Of a stretch of 64,000 bases of DNA, positions 1 through 14,217 are shown piece after piece. Location: the NCBI GenBank assembly GCA_044892525.1, contig CM097885.1:20772001-20836000 (forward strand), in the 5' to 3' direction. Made by a program: the position numbers and the translations under genes. The notes under the pieces are model-generated. The model was not told the origin of the DNA and searched no databases. It was given only the letters and a program-made list of their open reading frames with translations. Numbering within the stretch: position 1 is the first letter of the stretch; each line of letters starts with the position of its first letter. The DNA comes from Schmidtea polychroa. Taxonomy: Eukaryota.

Positions 1-2345
1 TTTGCGCAAATAAATAATTCAATAAATCTTCATAAAAATTGAGGGTCATAAAAGAAACAAACAAACATATGTGAATATATGATAATTAATAAAAATCGGG
101 TGGCTCCTGGCCTGGACTATATTCGTGGTTGAATTTGATTCCGCAATCATTCTTGAAAAAAATGAAAAACAGCTGTAATTCGTCATTTAAAGACCTGAAG
201 GTTCCCGAATATTTCCCGACTAAGTAATAAAGATCATTCTCTCGAGTTATATCTCACCTAAAAATCATCTGTTAACCTTTACAATTTTCACTGGACCAAC
301 TGGATGATCTTCCAAGCAAATAAATCCAGCTGGTTGATTCGGTCTAATTATTGAATCTAAAAAAAGATTTTTTTTATTTGAAGTTCTGTTTCATGTATAT
401 TATCATTTATATTTAATGTATATTTATATCATGTATATTTAATGAGAAAATCTATGAATAATACAATATGTCTTCGTGATTGCTATTGGAGTAGAAGTAG
501 ATCTTTATAGAGGCAGTAAACATTTTAATCTAATAAATGCAGACTTCTAACATTCTAGCTTCTCAAGATTATTTAAATCTGGTTTCTTCAACCTTTCAGA
601 AAATATGGAAAAGAAAACAAAATCGATAAACATATGCAATAAATAAACAAATGTCTACCAATCTTTTCAATTTATTATGTAAAGGTTTTGCTTTTTACAA
701 ATTCTTCTTTTAAAAATCCATTAATTTTATTGGTTGCTCTTATTACCAATCAGAGATCACCACACCAGCGCTAATGTTTAGCATTTACCCTATCAAAAGA
801 AAGGATAATCAAATTTGTACCAAATATAATGGCCTTTCCTAAAATTAATTTTCTCTTTAGAGTTCATTTATTTATGGCTGAAAGTATGTCTTAAAAATAC
901 TGAAATATTAGTTGGTTGCTGGAATTGGATTACTTGAAAACTTTCTGGTGGTCATTTGAGAATATATAACTTTATCATTATTAAATTTAATAAATTTCAT
1001 ATTTATATTATCACAGGCGGGAGCTAAGACATTTACCATGGTTTGCAACTTTATCCTGTCCATTAACCACTGAACATAAAATGATCTTGTATTGCGGACG
1101 AAAATAATCACGTATGAAATAATATTTGGGAAAATTATGTCTACTCTCTTTTCAGTTCAGTGATTCCACTGTAAAACCAAAAAATAATTATTTTCTCAGC
1201 TGTCATGGATTCATGGACCGGATCCACAATCAGAAATGAATAACATAATGCGTTCCCTTTAACTGAAAATAAATAATTGTAAAAATCATAATAATTCCTT
1301 CAAAGTATTAAATTCATCAACTTTTGATTCAATATATTATATAACCTCATAGCATCTACTTATAAAACAATCAGTAGTATAAATTTTGTAAATAATATTA
1401 AAAATGAAATTAAAACTTTTAAGAAATACATTAAAATTTCAACGACAATCAATTAAAACATAAAATGAAATTAATTATTTTTCCTGTCAATTTTTTAAAG
1501 AAAATTTATGCAATGAAAAAAAAATATATTTAACTTTATAATTATCTTGTAATTCGTGCTTAAATTCACATTTGGAATGGAAATATTGCCAAGAATTATT
1601 AGAATTGCATTAATCTTTTATCGAAATTTAGCATCTCATTAAAACAAATGCGCAATATCTAACAGAAAATAAAAGATGATTAATAATAATTGAAAAAAAT
1701 AATAAATCAAGTTAATTTATATTGCTTAAATTTTTAATAGTTATGGAAAATAAAATTTGTTTAAAATAAAAATTTTAATGATATTTAAAATTATTTTTTT
1801 AATTTTATAGCTGTGAACTTGCGTTTTTATTAGAAATTTATGTCTTTATGTTGCAGTTTCATTTATTTTATTTAAATAAAAATCATATTTGTTTTAATGG
1901 ATACTGATGATAAATATCCATTAATTAAATAAAATTGGAAATCCTTTTACTAGAATAAATTGTCACTTTTTTAATTCTAAGACTACCTTATACCATTTTG
2001 CCATATTGTTTATTAGATTGCTTTTTCCTTACCTAACCTTCGATATTTTAAGAATATTAAAATAATTTGTCCAAGCATTGGAATCATATTGAAGCAGAGT
2101 CTAAATTTTTCATCTTAATCTCCATGTTTATGATGTGATGTGATACATTTTCTAATACTTCTGTCTAAGCTTATTTATCACTTATCTTGGTCACAAAAGA
2201 ATCATAATTATTATTACAACGCATACTTATCATTTACTTTGGAATACGATTCTAATTATTTTCAAATCTTATTTTTTGCAACACGTAATTAAAATAATCT
2301 TTCTGTAAAGATTGTCTGGTCTCAATTTAAAGCAGTGGTTCTTAG

Positions 2346-2459
2346 CTCCACGAGCCTGCTGCAAGTGCTCCGCGAGCCTGCTGTAAGTACTCCACGAGCC
2401 TGCTGCAAGTGCTCCGCGAGCCTGCTGTAAGTACTCCATGAGCCTGGTGCAAGTGCTCC
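2346..2459. repeat. GC-rich 21-bp tandem repeat (~5 units, alternating in a 42-bp dimer)
   Basis: CGAGCCTGCTGCAAGTGCTCC / CGAGCCTGCTGTAAGTACTCC units alternate. Confidence 0.9.
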
Positions 2460-2544
2460 TCGAAATCTTGAAAGCCGAAATTTAATGTTTGCTCATCTAC
2501 AGTATGTGATTTGAGTTGTTTCCACTTCTTGCAAAGTTAGCAGT

Positions 2545-2886
2545 ATGTTTACTAGTAAATGTCCAACGCCAATTGGTTTGTGTTCTGAGCTCGTGTATCA
2601 ATTTTCATGTAATGGGTGTAATGCCATATACATTGGAGAGACTGCCCGTCATCTCTGTACCCGAGTTCTTGAACACTGTCGACCAAAAGGATTGACTAAT
2701 ATTAGTAATCATGTTAGGAAATGTGTCAGTAAAAAAATAGGTATCTTTGATTTTAAAATTATTTCAAAAGGTTTAAGTAATTATTGGGAACGAGTAACTT
2801 GTGAGGCATTGTTGATTAGATATTTAAATCCAAAAATAAATGATCAAGTTGCCCGTTCCACGGAGATTTTGAATGTGTTTAAGTAA
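2545..2886 (+). pseudogene. Penelope-like retroelement GIY-YIG endonuclease 3' fragment
   Basis: VYQFSCNGCNAIYIGETARHLCTRVLEH...EALLIRYLNPKIN; no RT ORF upstream. Confidence 0.85.
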
Positions 2887-3179
2887 TTGAAGGATGAAGG
2901 TTGGGAGTCTTGTTTGTGGTATAATTATGTTTGTGTTTTGTAAACTATGTAATTTTTTTAAATTTGTTAATTTTATGTTGAATGTTAAATGTTATTAAAT
3001 TAAAATTTAATTTTAAAATAATATGTATGTGGGGCTATGTAAAATATGGTTTGGTTTTTTAAAATATTTTTTTGAAATATTTCTTTTTAAAATTTTTGAT
3101 ACAGTTTCGAGATGATTATTATTAGTTAATTTGTTTAGATATTGCATATTTTATGTCTTATTATTGATTATCCAGATTG

Positions 3180-3219
3180 CGGCCTGACGAAGATTGTTGT
3201 ACAATTGAAATATATCGCG
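3180..3219 (+). ncRNA. Minimal hammerhead ribozyme (Penelope-associated), stem I weak
   Basis: CTGACGA-a-GATTGT-tgt-ACAATT-GAAA-TATA-TC, downstream of a GIY-YIG ORF. Confidence 0.65.
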
Positions 3220-3252
3220 TTTATGTTGAATTTATTGAGTTGGCGTTCCTGT

Positions 3253-3339
<87 letters not shown>

Positions 3340-6300
3340 GTATATATATAATATTCACATTGCGTTATATATTAGTTATCACACCGTATTTAATGTATTA
3401 ATAAATTATAATCATAGCTCAATTTAAACAACAGCTCTATTAAAATAATTATATGATCTTTTAAATCCTTCTACAGCACAACTTATAATTTTTAGTTTCC
3501 AAAATAAATATATTTTAGCGCACTAATATTACCCCTTAATTAAATTACAAATTATATTTTATTATTTTAAAACGCATCCTTACCGTGAGAAATTGTAGAA
3601 TTTAAGTAACGAAAATACTATGAAATATTTTTTGCTAAATTTTCTCCTTGAAAGTATTGACAAGCTCTAAAAGCAATTTAGAATATTAAAACATTTTCAA
3701 AATAAAATCTGTTAAAAAAATTATCCCATTGAAACCCGACATTTTCATGCTGTCCTTTTAATTTATTTCACGACTTTTGCTGAATTATTAATGTAATTTT
3801 AAAACATTTTTCTCTGTCAATTACTCAATAATTTATTTCCAATTTTGAAAAAAATCTGCAAATATTCACGTGTTGAATTTGTCAACAAAATTATTTTTGT
3901 TTTACTCAAAATCTCTTCAAATTTCCAACGTAAAATATTCATCAGTTACGCACGAGTTGCGTGCATCCATTCACTGTCTACTTAGGAGGAATGATTCATT
4001 ACTTCTATCCATTCTATCCATGGGAAATTATTTACATAAAAAATAATGTAAAAATGTTTTTAATAAAATTAGAAAAAAAGTCAAATAAATTATCTAATTT
4101 TGCAATTTTGTCACCGAAATCGGTGAATTTTCTGATTCTTTGAAAATTGAAATCTGAGCCGCGAAAATTTCCTATTTCTTCATTTACTGATTTACGAATT
4201 GTAAAATCTACATAAATGTACTTTTCTATGTACATTATATCATTATAATATTTTGATGAGACATATGCACCTTATAGAATGTAAGTAATATGTTTTAAAG
4301 TTGAAATAAAATTGTAAAAATGTTATTAAAAAGAGAGTTTGAAGACTATAAATCAGTAATATATCGATGTTTGTTGTTACTCACGAATTGTTACTCACGG
4401 CACTGCCTTTCTTCTACACCACTGAGATACGTTTCCTATAATATAAGAAAAAATCAATTATCTTACATTATAGAAACAATCGCTGATGTTCTTATTTATT
4501 GTGCAATGAGATACATTTTACTCTATAGAAATATAAAAATTGATGTAAAAATTAAATACTGCACACAAACACAACATATACTAGAAAACACATACAAACT
4601 TTCGATTCATAGAAATGCAACGCTGAGATACGTTTCTATAATAACTTTATTTTAGACAATTTTTAGAAAAAAAAGATATCTGAAAAATTTTTAAAATACA
4701 TTTTTAATGAAAATATCAAGAGCAGATGATTTGGTTCAATGTCTTTTCAATTCAGATTTGATTTCCTTAAAGAAGCCCTTCATATAGAGCTCAGAAAAAA
4801 AATTACAAAAATTAAAAAAATTATTTTATTTATAATCGTCGATTTTTCCTAAATTTTTGAGAAAAATATATTTTTGAGAAAAATATATTTTTGATGATTG
4901 ATTTATTTATTTAATTATAATTAATAATATTTCTGATTCACATTATATCGAAAAAATTCAATGTCATAAAATTCCTAAAAACCCTAAAAATTAATTAAAA
5001 ATAATTTATAATTATGAAGTTGACAAAAATTAATATTTAAGAACTTGAATAATGATCTCATATCTATATATCTATATGGAAATTCAAGTCTTAAAATTTA
5101 CTTAAAATTAAATATCTTACCTGAAAGCCATTTCAAAATTGGCTAAAATAAATTTCAAGAAATGAAATTTATTAAATTAGTGAGTCAATTTAATGATGTA
5201 CACACTAACCACTACTATAGAAAATGTATCTCAGTGGTGTTTGGTGTATAAGACCAATTGCAGTTTTCACACTCTCGCCATGCCAGAGTTCATAAAAGAA
5301 ATTTTTGAAGAAAATTGGGCTTTCAATTTTTAAGAAAGCTCCCTGCACTGTTGTAAATCTGCAGTATTTTGGTAGATTTTCTCGCGAAAGTAATTCTTTA
5401 TACACCTGTGTAATGTATTGTTATGTGTTTTAATCTATTCTTGAATTGTAATTAGGATTTGTGTTATATGGTTATTTTGGTCATCAAGTACATGAAAAAA
5501 AATTTAAACTATACAGGTAAGAATGCAAGAAAGACTAAAGGATAGTAATAGAAGACTAAATAAAATTTATAGAATTTAATAACAATTTACCCTTTCCGGA
5601 TTAAACAAGAAAAAGCCATACTCAAGTTAGAAATTGGAGAATTATAGACAAATCGTTCCCCAGTTTGAAACAATTGTTTGATTAACAGAAGAAAAAACTT
5701 TATAAACTAGAGATATTATATTAATTGTGTCTAAGGTGCTTATTCTTTTCTTTGCTATCTTAATAAAAGTTGTATTAATTATTATTATTGTTGTTATTTG
5801 TTGCAAAACATACATTCACCCCAGCTGTCTCGAGACAATATTTTTTAAGGAGACTCGGCTGGGCTCTACAAAATTTCTTACCATAATGTAATAACAAAAA
5901 TAATAATCAACACATAAAATTTCAGGAAACTTTCAACAACCTGAATAAATAAAAGCCGATGGGTACACGATCAGGGATAGTGAACAAATTTATTTTCCTC
6001 AATCGCTGCCATTGTTTCCGTACTTTTCTGGATTAAGGCTTTGTCTTAGAGGTGCCATAGAAGAAGACTACTTGACTTTCGGTGAATACATCTGCATGTA
6101 TCCACGAGGCTGCTGTGGTGGTTGGAATTAATTCGCAGTCCTAAATCATCAAAAATCCTACAGATTATGCACTTTTGGTCCCAAACATTAGTCACCATCA
6201 ATGATTTTTGATGAAATGCTCCAGATCCCATCTTTCCGAAACTCGTTTCTCCAGGAAATTTCCATTTTCTCAACTCATGCCCAGTGTCAGGAGCACATAT

Positions 6301-7544
6301 GGATAAATCAGTTTCATGGTATTTCTGAGGAATTGGTTATCATGTTAATCAAAAATGAAAGGTAAGTCTAGTAGCATTCTCTCCGGTTTTCACACATTTC
6401 AGAGAAAAGATGACGTTATCACCACTCAAAATAAAAAATTTAATCATACTTCGATACTCGACAGGATGTAGCATGATTTGACAAATAACTTGATAATATG
6501 CTTTCGCACGCAGCAAAAAATATATATTTTAACCATATATCATATATTATAATTTCACTAGAATATTGTTATAATACTATTGTTTTTATGGGTGTGTAGA
6601 TGTAAAATAAAAATAATTAGAATTTTATATTAGGAAATCGAAAAGTATATGGAATGCCTAAAGAAGTAAGTAGTAGTATTTTTTTTAAATATTGAAATTT
6701 ATTTAATTTTAATTGTTTCATTGACTTCATTTATTTTATTAATTTTTTTAATTTGCATGTATATTTTTTAAAATAATATTTTTAATTTTGAACAAATAAT
6801 ATACAATTAGATTATATCTCATTTAATAACTATACAATGATATTAATTCACTAAAGAACGTAAAAAAAGAAATTTTCGTTAAGAAGCGTGGAAATAAATT
6901 TGCACTGAAAAGTCCTGGTAAATTTGTTGCCTTAAAAAAATTAGATAGAAATTTTCGGAATTTAGTACGGCGTGCCACGCTCACCGCCATCAAGCTTCCT
7001 CTCAGTATCCTTTATATCTATCATTTCTTATCTTATCTTCATAATTTACGATCTGACTATATTCAGTATGGGGTCAACCTATATGGTTTACTTCTCACTA
7101 ATAACTACAAATAAAGATTCTACTTGTGAGAAGGTATATTAAGGAGGTTTCTATTAAAATGGATAAAATTGATTGAGAAATAATTTCATTCAACTGAAGA
7201 AATTTTATTGAAAGAAATAATAAAATGTAATAAAAAATTATTTTATTACAATTATTTTTATATGAAATTTATTTCAATTGAGAAATGAGAATTTTTTTTC
7301 AAAATTTCAATGCCAAATAAAAAAAATAATGAAATAAAAGTGCAGTAAGATTTTCTTCACTGATCTGAAAAATGTCGACAAGAAAACATTTTGAAAAATT
7401 ATTGATGCTTAATGAATTAAAACAAATGTATATAAGGATTTTTAATTTTAAAATGTTTTTTAATTTATTTTAATTTTAAAATATTGAAGTTTTTTTAAAA
7501 TACATTTAAAAAAAATGAAGGAACTACGCTTAGCCACTATGTTT

Positions 7545-8117
7545 AATTTTCATTAAATTATCTGTCAAATCTCTACCAGTCAAATCTGTTCTGCAAATTA
7601 CACGAGACAACACATAATCTTCATAAATTATCATATTGTTTGGTACAACATTTCTGGAATCTAAAAAAATGCCGGTAGTTTTTCCTGAAACATAGAGCGA
7701 CAGCATAGCATAGATAGCAACATACACAGAATGAATATTGAATGTTTTAAACATGATTTGAATAATATTTTTTCTGTTAGCTTTTGGTTTCAATGGCACT
7801 TTGGTAAGAAGAACTGGATATTCTTCTGGTCAAATTCTCGATTAATTGTAAAATATATGATACCAGATTTTTCTCATATCATCCAAATTAGTAACAATGC
7901 CATGTTTAATGTGATATTTTATCGTTAAAATACCTATTGGACTAGGCTTCATTACTCACATAGCTACCTACCTTGTCCCATTCCAATCATAACATCTTAA
8001 TGATAATATCTTCCTATAATGGATGGAAAAAACTTTTGGAACACTATCAACCGCAAATCCGGCTCTACGCACAAAACATCCACTATCAATTACTAAGGCA
8101 TTAATATCCTGAAACAT
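7545..8117 (-). pseudogene. Actin pseudogene (N-terminal ~190 codons; stops and frameshifts)
   Basis: MFQDINALVIDSG..RAGFAVDSVPKVFPSIIGR..H*DVMIGMGQ...PLKPKANRK...[14 protein letters not shown] follows the actin consensus. Confidence 0.9.
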
Positions 8118-8163
8118 TGAACTATGAATTATTTTTCAAAAACATTTGAACTGGAACGATAGA

Positions 8164-8665
8164 AGTAGAGGGATAGCGGCCCACTAAACCAGCGGCCCTC
8201 TGGGACAAAGACATACCCCTACCCCCCCCCCCCCGCCATTTAAAAATTTTTTTTCAAGGTAAAATTTTAAACAAAGACATATGACTCATCAAGGTCATTG
8301 AAACAAAGGCTATGACTCATTCAAGGTCATATGACTCATCCCATGACTCATTCAAGGTCATATGGCTCATCCGATGGCTCATTCAAGTTCATATGACTCA
8401 TCCAATGACTCATTCAAGGTCACATGACTCATCCGATGATTCATTCAAGGTCATTCTCAAGGTCATATGAGTCATGCGATGAGTCCTGCTAAATTTTTTA
8501 AAATTTAAATTCTCAGAGTTCCCGCCAATGGTTTTTATTATTTAATAGCTCATTCGAAAGGTATTTGAATGGTGAGTATTTGAGCCCATCGAAGGTCTAT
8601 GGAGGTTCAATAACCTTCAAAGTGTTCAATGGTATTGGTTACACTCAACATCTCACAAGGGTATT

Positions 8666-8756
<91 letters not shown>

Positions 8757-9250
8757 GTATTAATATATATACTCCGAGTCTATCCGACAAAATATTTTGT
8801 CCCCCTATGGGTAATGCTCACAATGGTACTGTTCACGCTCAACAACTCGCAAATCTACAAATCAACAAAACATACATCTATTTAAATAATAAAATAATGT
8901 AAAATTAACAAAGGTAAACTAAATATTGATGTACTACTATTCGCAGCATTATTGTTTGAAATTGGTAACGTTGAATTGATTTTCAGATATTCTATTGATC
9001 CTTTGATTGTTTGAATTTCGCTTAATAATAATTCAATCTTTTTAACAAATAATCATGCTTCTTATCAATAATTTTCATATTCTTTTTATTTTTAATAATA
9101 GAGTTATCGAAAACTTCAATATGATCAATCAATTTAATTTTTATATTTTTTATATTTTTATATACAAATGATAGTTCATAGCTGTTTTCTAAATTCTCCA
9201 ATCTTTGAGATATTCTTTTTCCTGGGTGCTTTGACCATTTTGGTTTGTCG
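8164..9250 (+). repeat. Left terminal inverted repeat of Polinton 1
   Basis: Reverse complement of ~23229-24395, including the mirrored ORFs 8565-8885 / 23589-23966 and the DKPKWSKHPGKRISQ segment. Confidence 0.92.
8281..8475. promoter_or_regulatory. ~31-bp tandem array of TGACTCA (AP-1) and TCAAGGTCA (NR5A/ERR-type) motifs in the left TIR
   Basis: Unit approx. TATGACTCATCCNATGACTCATTCAAGGTCA; about 8 TGA(C/G)TCA and 6 TCAAGGTCA. Confidence 0.7.
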
Positions 9251-9348
9251 TCAAACAAAGGTATACTCTGAGTTAATCCGACAAGATATTTTGTCCCCTT
9301 ATGGTTATTGCTCACAATAGTATTGGTTACACTCAACATCTCATAATG

Positions 9349-9433
<85 letters not shown>

Positions 9434-9442
9434 TATTACTTA

Positions 9443-9495
<53 letters not shown>

Positions 9496-9599
9496 ATCAT
9501 TATTATTATCATTATTATTATTTAAAAATGTATAAAATTGAAACTATCACAAGTTTTCAAAATACCAATAAAAATGAAAATGACCATATTAAAAGTAGT

Positions 9600-9990
9600 T
9601 ATCATTACTAATAATAAAAATGTTTAAACTTGAAAATTATCACATGTTTTCAATATAACAATAAAAATGCAAATATTAAAAGATGTTATTATTACGATTA
9701 TTAAAAATGATTAAACTTGAAAACTATTACAAGTTTTATATACACCAATAAAAATGAACACATGAAGTCTAGTTTTTTTTTTTTTTTTTTTTTAAAAAGA
9801 TATATTTTTAATAATATTCATCATTATCATTATCAGCTAATAATATATCATCAATATCAACATCTATATCGATACTATCATCGAAATCTGGGTTGAAATC
9901 TCCACGAAGCGGTCGAACATCATCCAATATTTGATGCTTATCATAGAAATCTTGGCTGAAATCTCCACATAGCTGGTTACAATCAACATA
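9600..9990 (-). repeat. Diverged tandem duplicate of the pPolB acidic 3' end and its downstream region
   Basis: QILDDVRPLRGDFNPDFDDSIDIDVDIDDILLADNDNDEYY* vs pPolB QILEEVGPLCGGFSPDFDDSIDIDVDIDDIILTDDDDDDYY*; downstream non-coding DNA is also repeated. Confidence 0.85.
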
Positions 9991-10011
9991 TCGCAAGTTT
10001 ATTTTTATTAC

Positions 10012-10072
<61 letters not shown>

Positions 10073-10296
10073 ATTATTATTATTATTATTATCATTATTA
10101 TTATTTTTATTAAAAAATGTTTAAACTTGAAAACTATCACATGTTTTCAAAATAATAATAAAAATACACATATTAAAAGATGTTATTATTACGATTATTA
10201 AAAATGATTAAATTTGAAAACTATCCGAAGTTTTTAATACATCAATAAAAAATAAAAATGAACACATTAAAAGTCTAGTTTTTAAAGAAGATATAT

Positions 10297-13151
10297 TTAA
10301 TAATAGTCGTCATCATCATCATCAGTTAATATTATATCGTCTATATCAACATCTATATCGATACTATCATCGAAATCTGGGCTGAAACCTCCACAAAGCG
10401 GTCCAACTTCCTCTAATATTTGATCACTTTCATCGAAATCTGGACTGAAACCTACAGAGAGCGGTCCAACTTCATCCAATACTTGATCATTATCTACAGC
10501 ATCAACCCCAAAATAATGCCTAAATGCGATACTATTATTTTTCCCCACCCATAATCGCTTGTCATCGTTATTTGTCAATGCGATTTTACTATTTTTGATG
10601 GTATATAGCTGGTGGTTCCGCGTCCCTATCCTAGTTTGCGGCACTGCAAATTCTACGTTGTTATTGTAGCAGTCTAAATATGACTGGTGCCCAATCTCTG
10701 TCCCCATTAATTTCACCCCTTTAGCCCTCATAGTATCTTTGACACCTAATAAACTATAGCACTTAGGTCTTAAGAAAACCCATTCCTTATACCCGAGACC
10801 TCTGCTTTCATCTTTAAATTTTCCTATCACAGAATCAAGGTTTCTCGAGTATAAGGGGTGTGCGGGATCATAATTAGAGGTATCTAGAAGATTATCTCTT
10901 ATCATTGCCGGCAAAAGAGTGTCTAGCTTACAGTGCTTAACCTCAAGAAAAAACGAATCAGTATCGCCGGCAACGATATTTATATCACATAAGAATTTGG
11001 ATCTATATTTTGCCAATTCATTATATTGCAGTTGATACATGCGTAGTGTAGACAGGTCTAGCACTGATTGGCCTATGTAGCTAGGCCTGTATAAACATAT
11101 AATATCTTTATTAAGATGAACCGCAATCAGATCATCCGCTATTTTAATTGATTTTTTGAAAGTTTGTTTGGAGGCGTATACAATCATCTTTGCTGATGAA
11201 TTGCATAGCCTCAAATTCATACGTTTTTTCAAATTCTCTACTGATTTACCATAGAGACTATTATTGAATAATTTATATAGATCTCTATACAGTTCACATG
11301 TTGATTTTGAACGTAAATTAGTATTTCGATCTATATATGTTTTGAAAATTGTTGATTGTTTAAATTTAATTGCTCTATGTACATGCTCAACTTCCTCACC
11401 TAATTTTATATACAGCTTGAGAAGCCGCCAATGAACATGGTTCTTCTTAGGCCAATGCGTGAGCATAAGCTTCTCAACTTTTGAATTAGGTGGACACATT
11501 TTTTCCGGAGCAAGCGGAAAATCATTCAAATATTCATGCACACGATTAGGGATATTGATGTCTTCTTCCATAGTATAACCATATGGAAGGTTTTCAATAT
11601 CTGCATTCACGCATTCACTCAACACATCATTCAGATTTTCATACACCCAAACAAAGTCACCATACGGAAGATTTTGGCTAAGAGCCCAACCATATAAATT
11701 ATTTATATCTATATACAAAAGTTCTGTATCTTCAGAACTTGCTACATAATGTTTGTTAACAAATGTTAACCCACCCCGTATTCCACCTTCGTAGAAATTA
11801 TACATTTCCATATCCTGTAGAACTTCTATAGGTTCCTGTAATGTCATGAGCGCTGACGCCCATGACATACCTGGAATTCCATAGAAGTTTAAAGGTTCAA
11901 GGCCGTTATAAGCAATTGCTTTGGCACGGAATTGCTGAAAATAATCTGCCAAGAGGAATACGTCCAATTTAAGGTACGTTAACATATAGTCTAACATTGT
12001 TTCGCAATTTTGCTGAACCCAGATTTCTTGGGCGATAGCATTTTCTTCATTAGATACAGAACTCCAAATCGGAGGTAATTCATGAGTAGATTCAAGAATT
12101 TCGAGTGATGTTGCAAAGTCGTAAGGAAATATGCCCTTTGCTCTCACAATACTACCATCAAAAACAGAAGAAGTTAAAGGTAAATCTGAAAGAGTTTTAA
12201 CTGCCTTTGCTAACGATGAGTTAACAAATTGCATACTGTCGATAAAACGAACAGTCAATTTGTTAATATTTACAATCAAGGATATAAATTTTTCAGTGGT
12301 GGTTGGAACGATATTTAATTTCCAAGATGGAAAATCATTCAAACCATACTTTAAAATGTGATGTAAGTCATACCCCTTCAAATTATGAAAGACAATGGGT
12401 AACTGTTTGTTTATTCTCCTAGAAACATTGCAATTTCTACAGGCAGCACCAAGATACTTACCTGTGAAATGATCATGGTCCTTAACCTTATCTTTTATAA
12501 AATGTTTACAGAGATAACAAGTCCTACAGTTGTTGAACTCCAGTTCCTCATTGAAAGACAGAGTATTAATGAATTTTCTACCATGAATTTCATAATACGG
12601 GAGGACAATTGTGACAGCAATTTCCTCCACCTTCTTTAAAATTTCAAAAACACATTCCAAGCCTATAAAATTAAAATATGATGTTGTGTTAGTGTAATTG
12701 TTAATTAATAATAGACCTGCTGTTATTGGTTTGTGCATTTGGTGATGATTTATATTCCCAGGTAAAATAGCCTCAAAGTCCGCGTATATTACGAACGGTG
12801 GGGTAATCATCTTTGAATAATCTTTAAACGTTAAATTTTTATTTTTAGGGAGCGTGTAAAGGGTGGTTCCTATTTGATTTTTAGCGCACAATGCAACATG
12901 TACCTTAAAGGTTTTGAATTCTTTAATTTCTCCATCTTTTTCAATTTGAATAAGAACTGTAAACTGGACTTTTACAGATCCCATCTTTTCAATTTCCACA
13001 TTAATTTTATTTATAATTTTATCCGTAAAGGAGATTTGAATTAAGTTTTTATGTTCTAAATCAAATCGAATATTTTTACGGGAACCCTTTAAATCTATCT
13101 CTATTTCAGGTTCATCATTTATATCTATTTGAATATTTTCTATATTGTTTT
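10297..13151 (-). CDS. Protein-primed family B DNA polymerase (pPolB) with EndoVII-like insert; 5' exon not located, N-terminal region short
   Basis: YADFEA, CYLC..DHDHFTGKYLGAACRNCN, FHNLKGYDLH, YIDINNLYG, KLFNNSLYGK, GDTDS; the poly-I start of the ORF track is an (ATT)n tract ending in a likely acceptor AG at 13152-13153. Confidence 0.93.
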
Positions 13152-13152
13152 C

Positions 13153-13208
<56 letters not shown>

Positions 13209-13345
13209 TAATAATTGCCCCAAATAAATGTAGCTTGCAGTGAGCATGCATCTACATCTCTTCTCATATAATAATAATAATAATTATTCCAATAAAAGTA
13301 GTTTGCAGTGAGCATGCATCTACATCTCTTCTCAAATAAAAATAC

Positions 13346-14031
<686 letters not shown>

Positions 14032-14217
14032 TATGACAGATTTGTTACATGTATTAATTTGTTAAAATATTATTATCAATTTATGATTTATAAAGATTTA
14101 ATTACTTATCAAATAAAGTTTTTGAATAATTAATCATTTAAATTAATACATTTAACGAAGTGTTTTAGTAAAAATTTGTTAAATATTATAAAAAATAAAT
14201 TAAAAAAATAAAAAATG

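Noticed and set aside
2346..2459. Repeat array superficially resembling CRISPR (likewise 8281-8475)
   Set aside because: Head-to-tail repeats without unique spacers, no cas genes, eukaryotic context
8565..8885. ORF mirrored in both TIRs (also 23589-23966)
   Set aside because: Non-ATG start and mostly a poly-Leu microsatellite; its conservation is explained by the TIR
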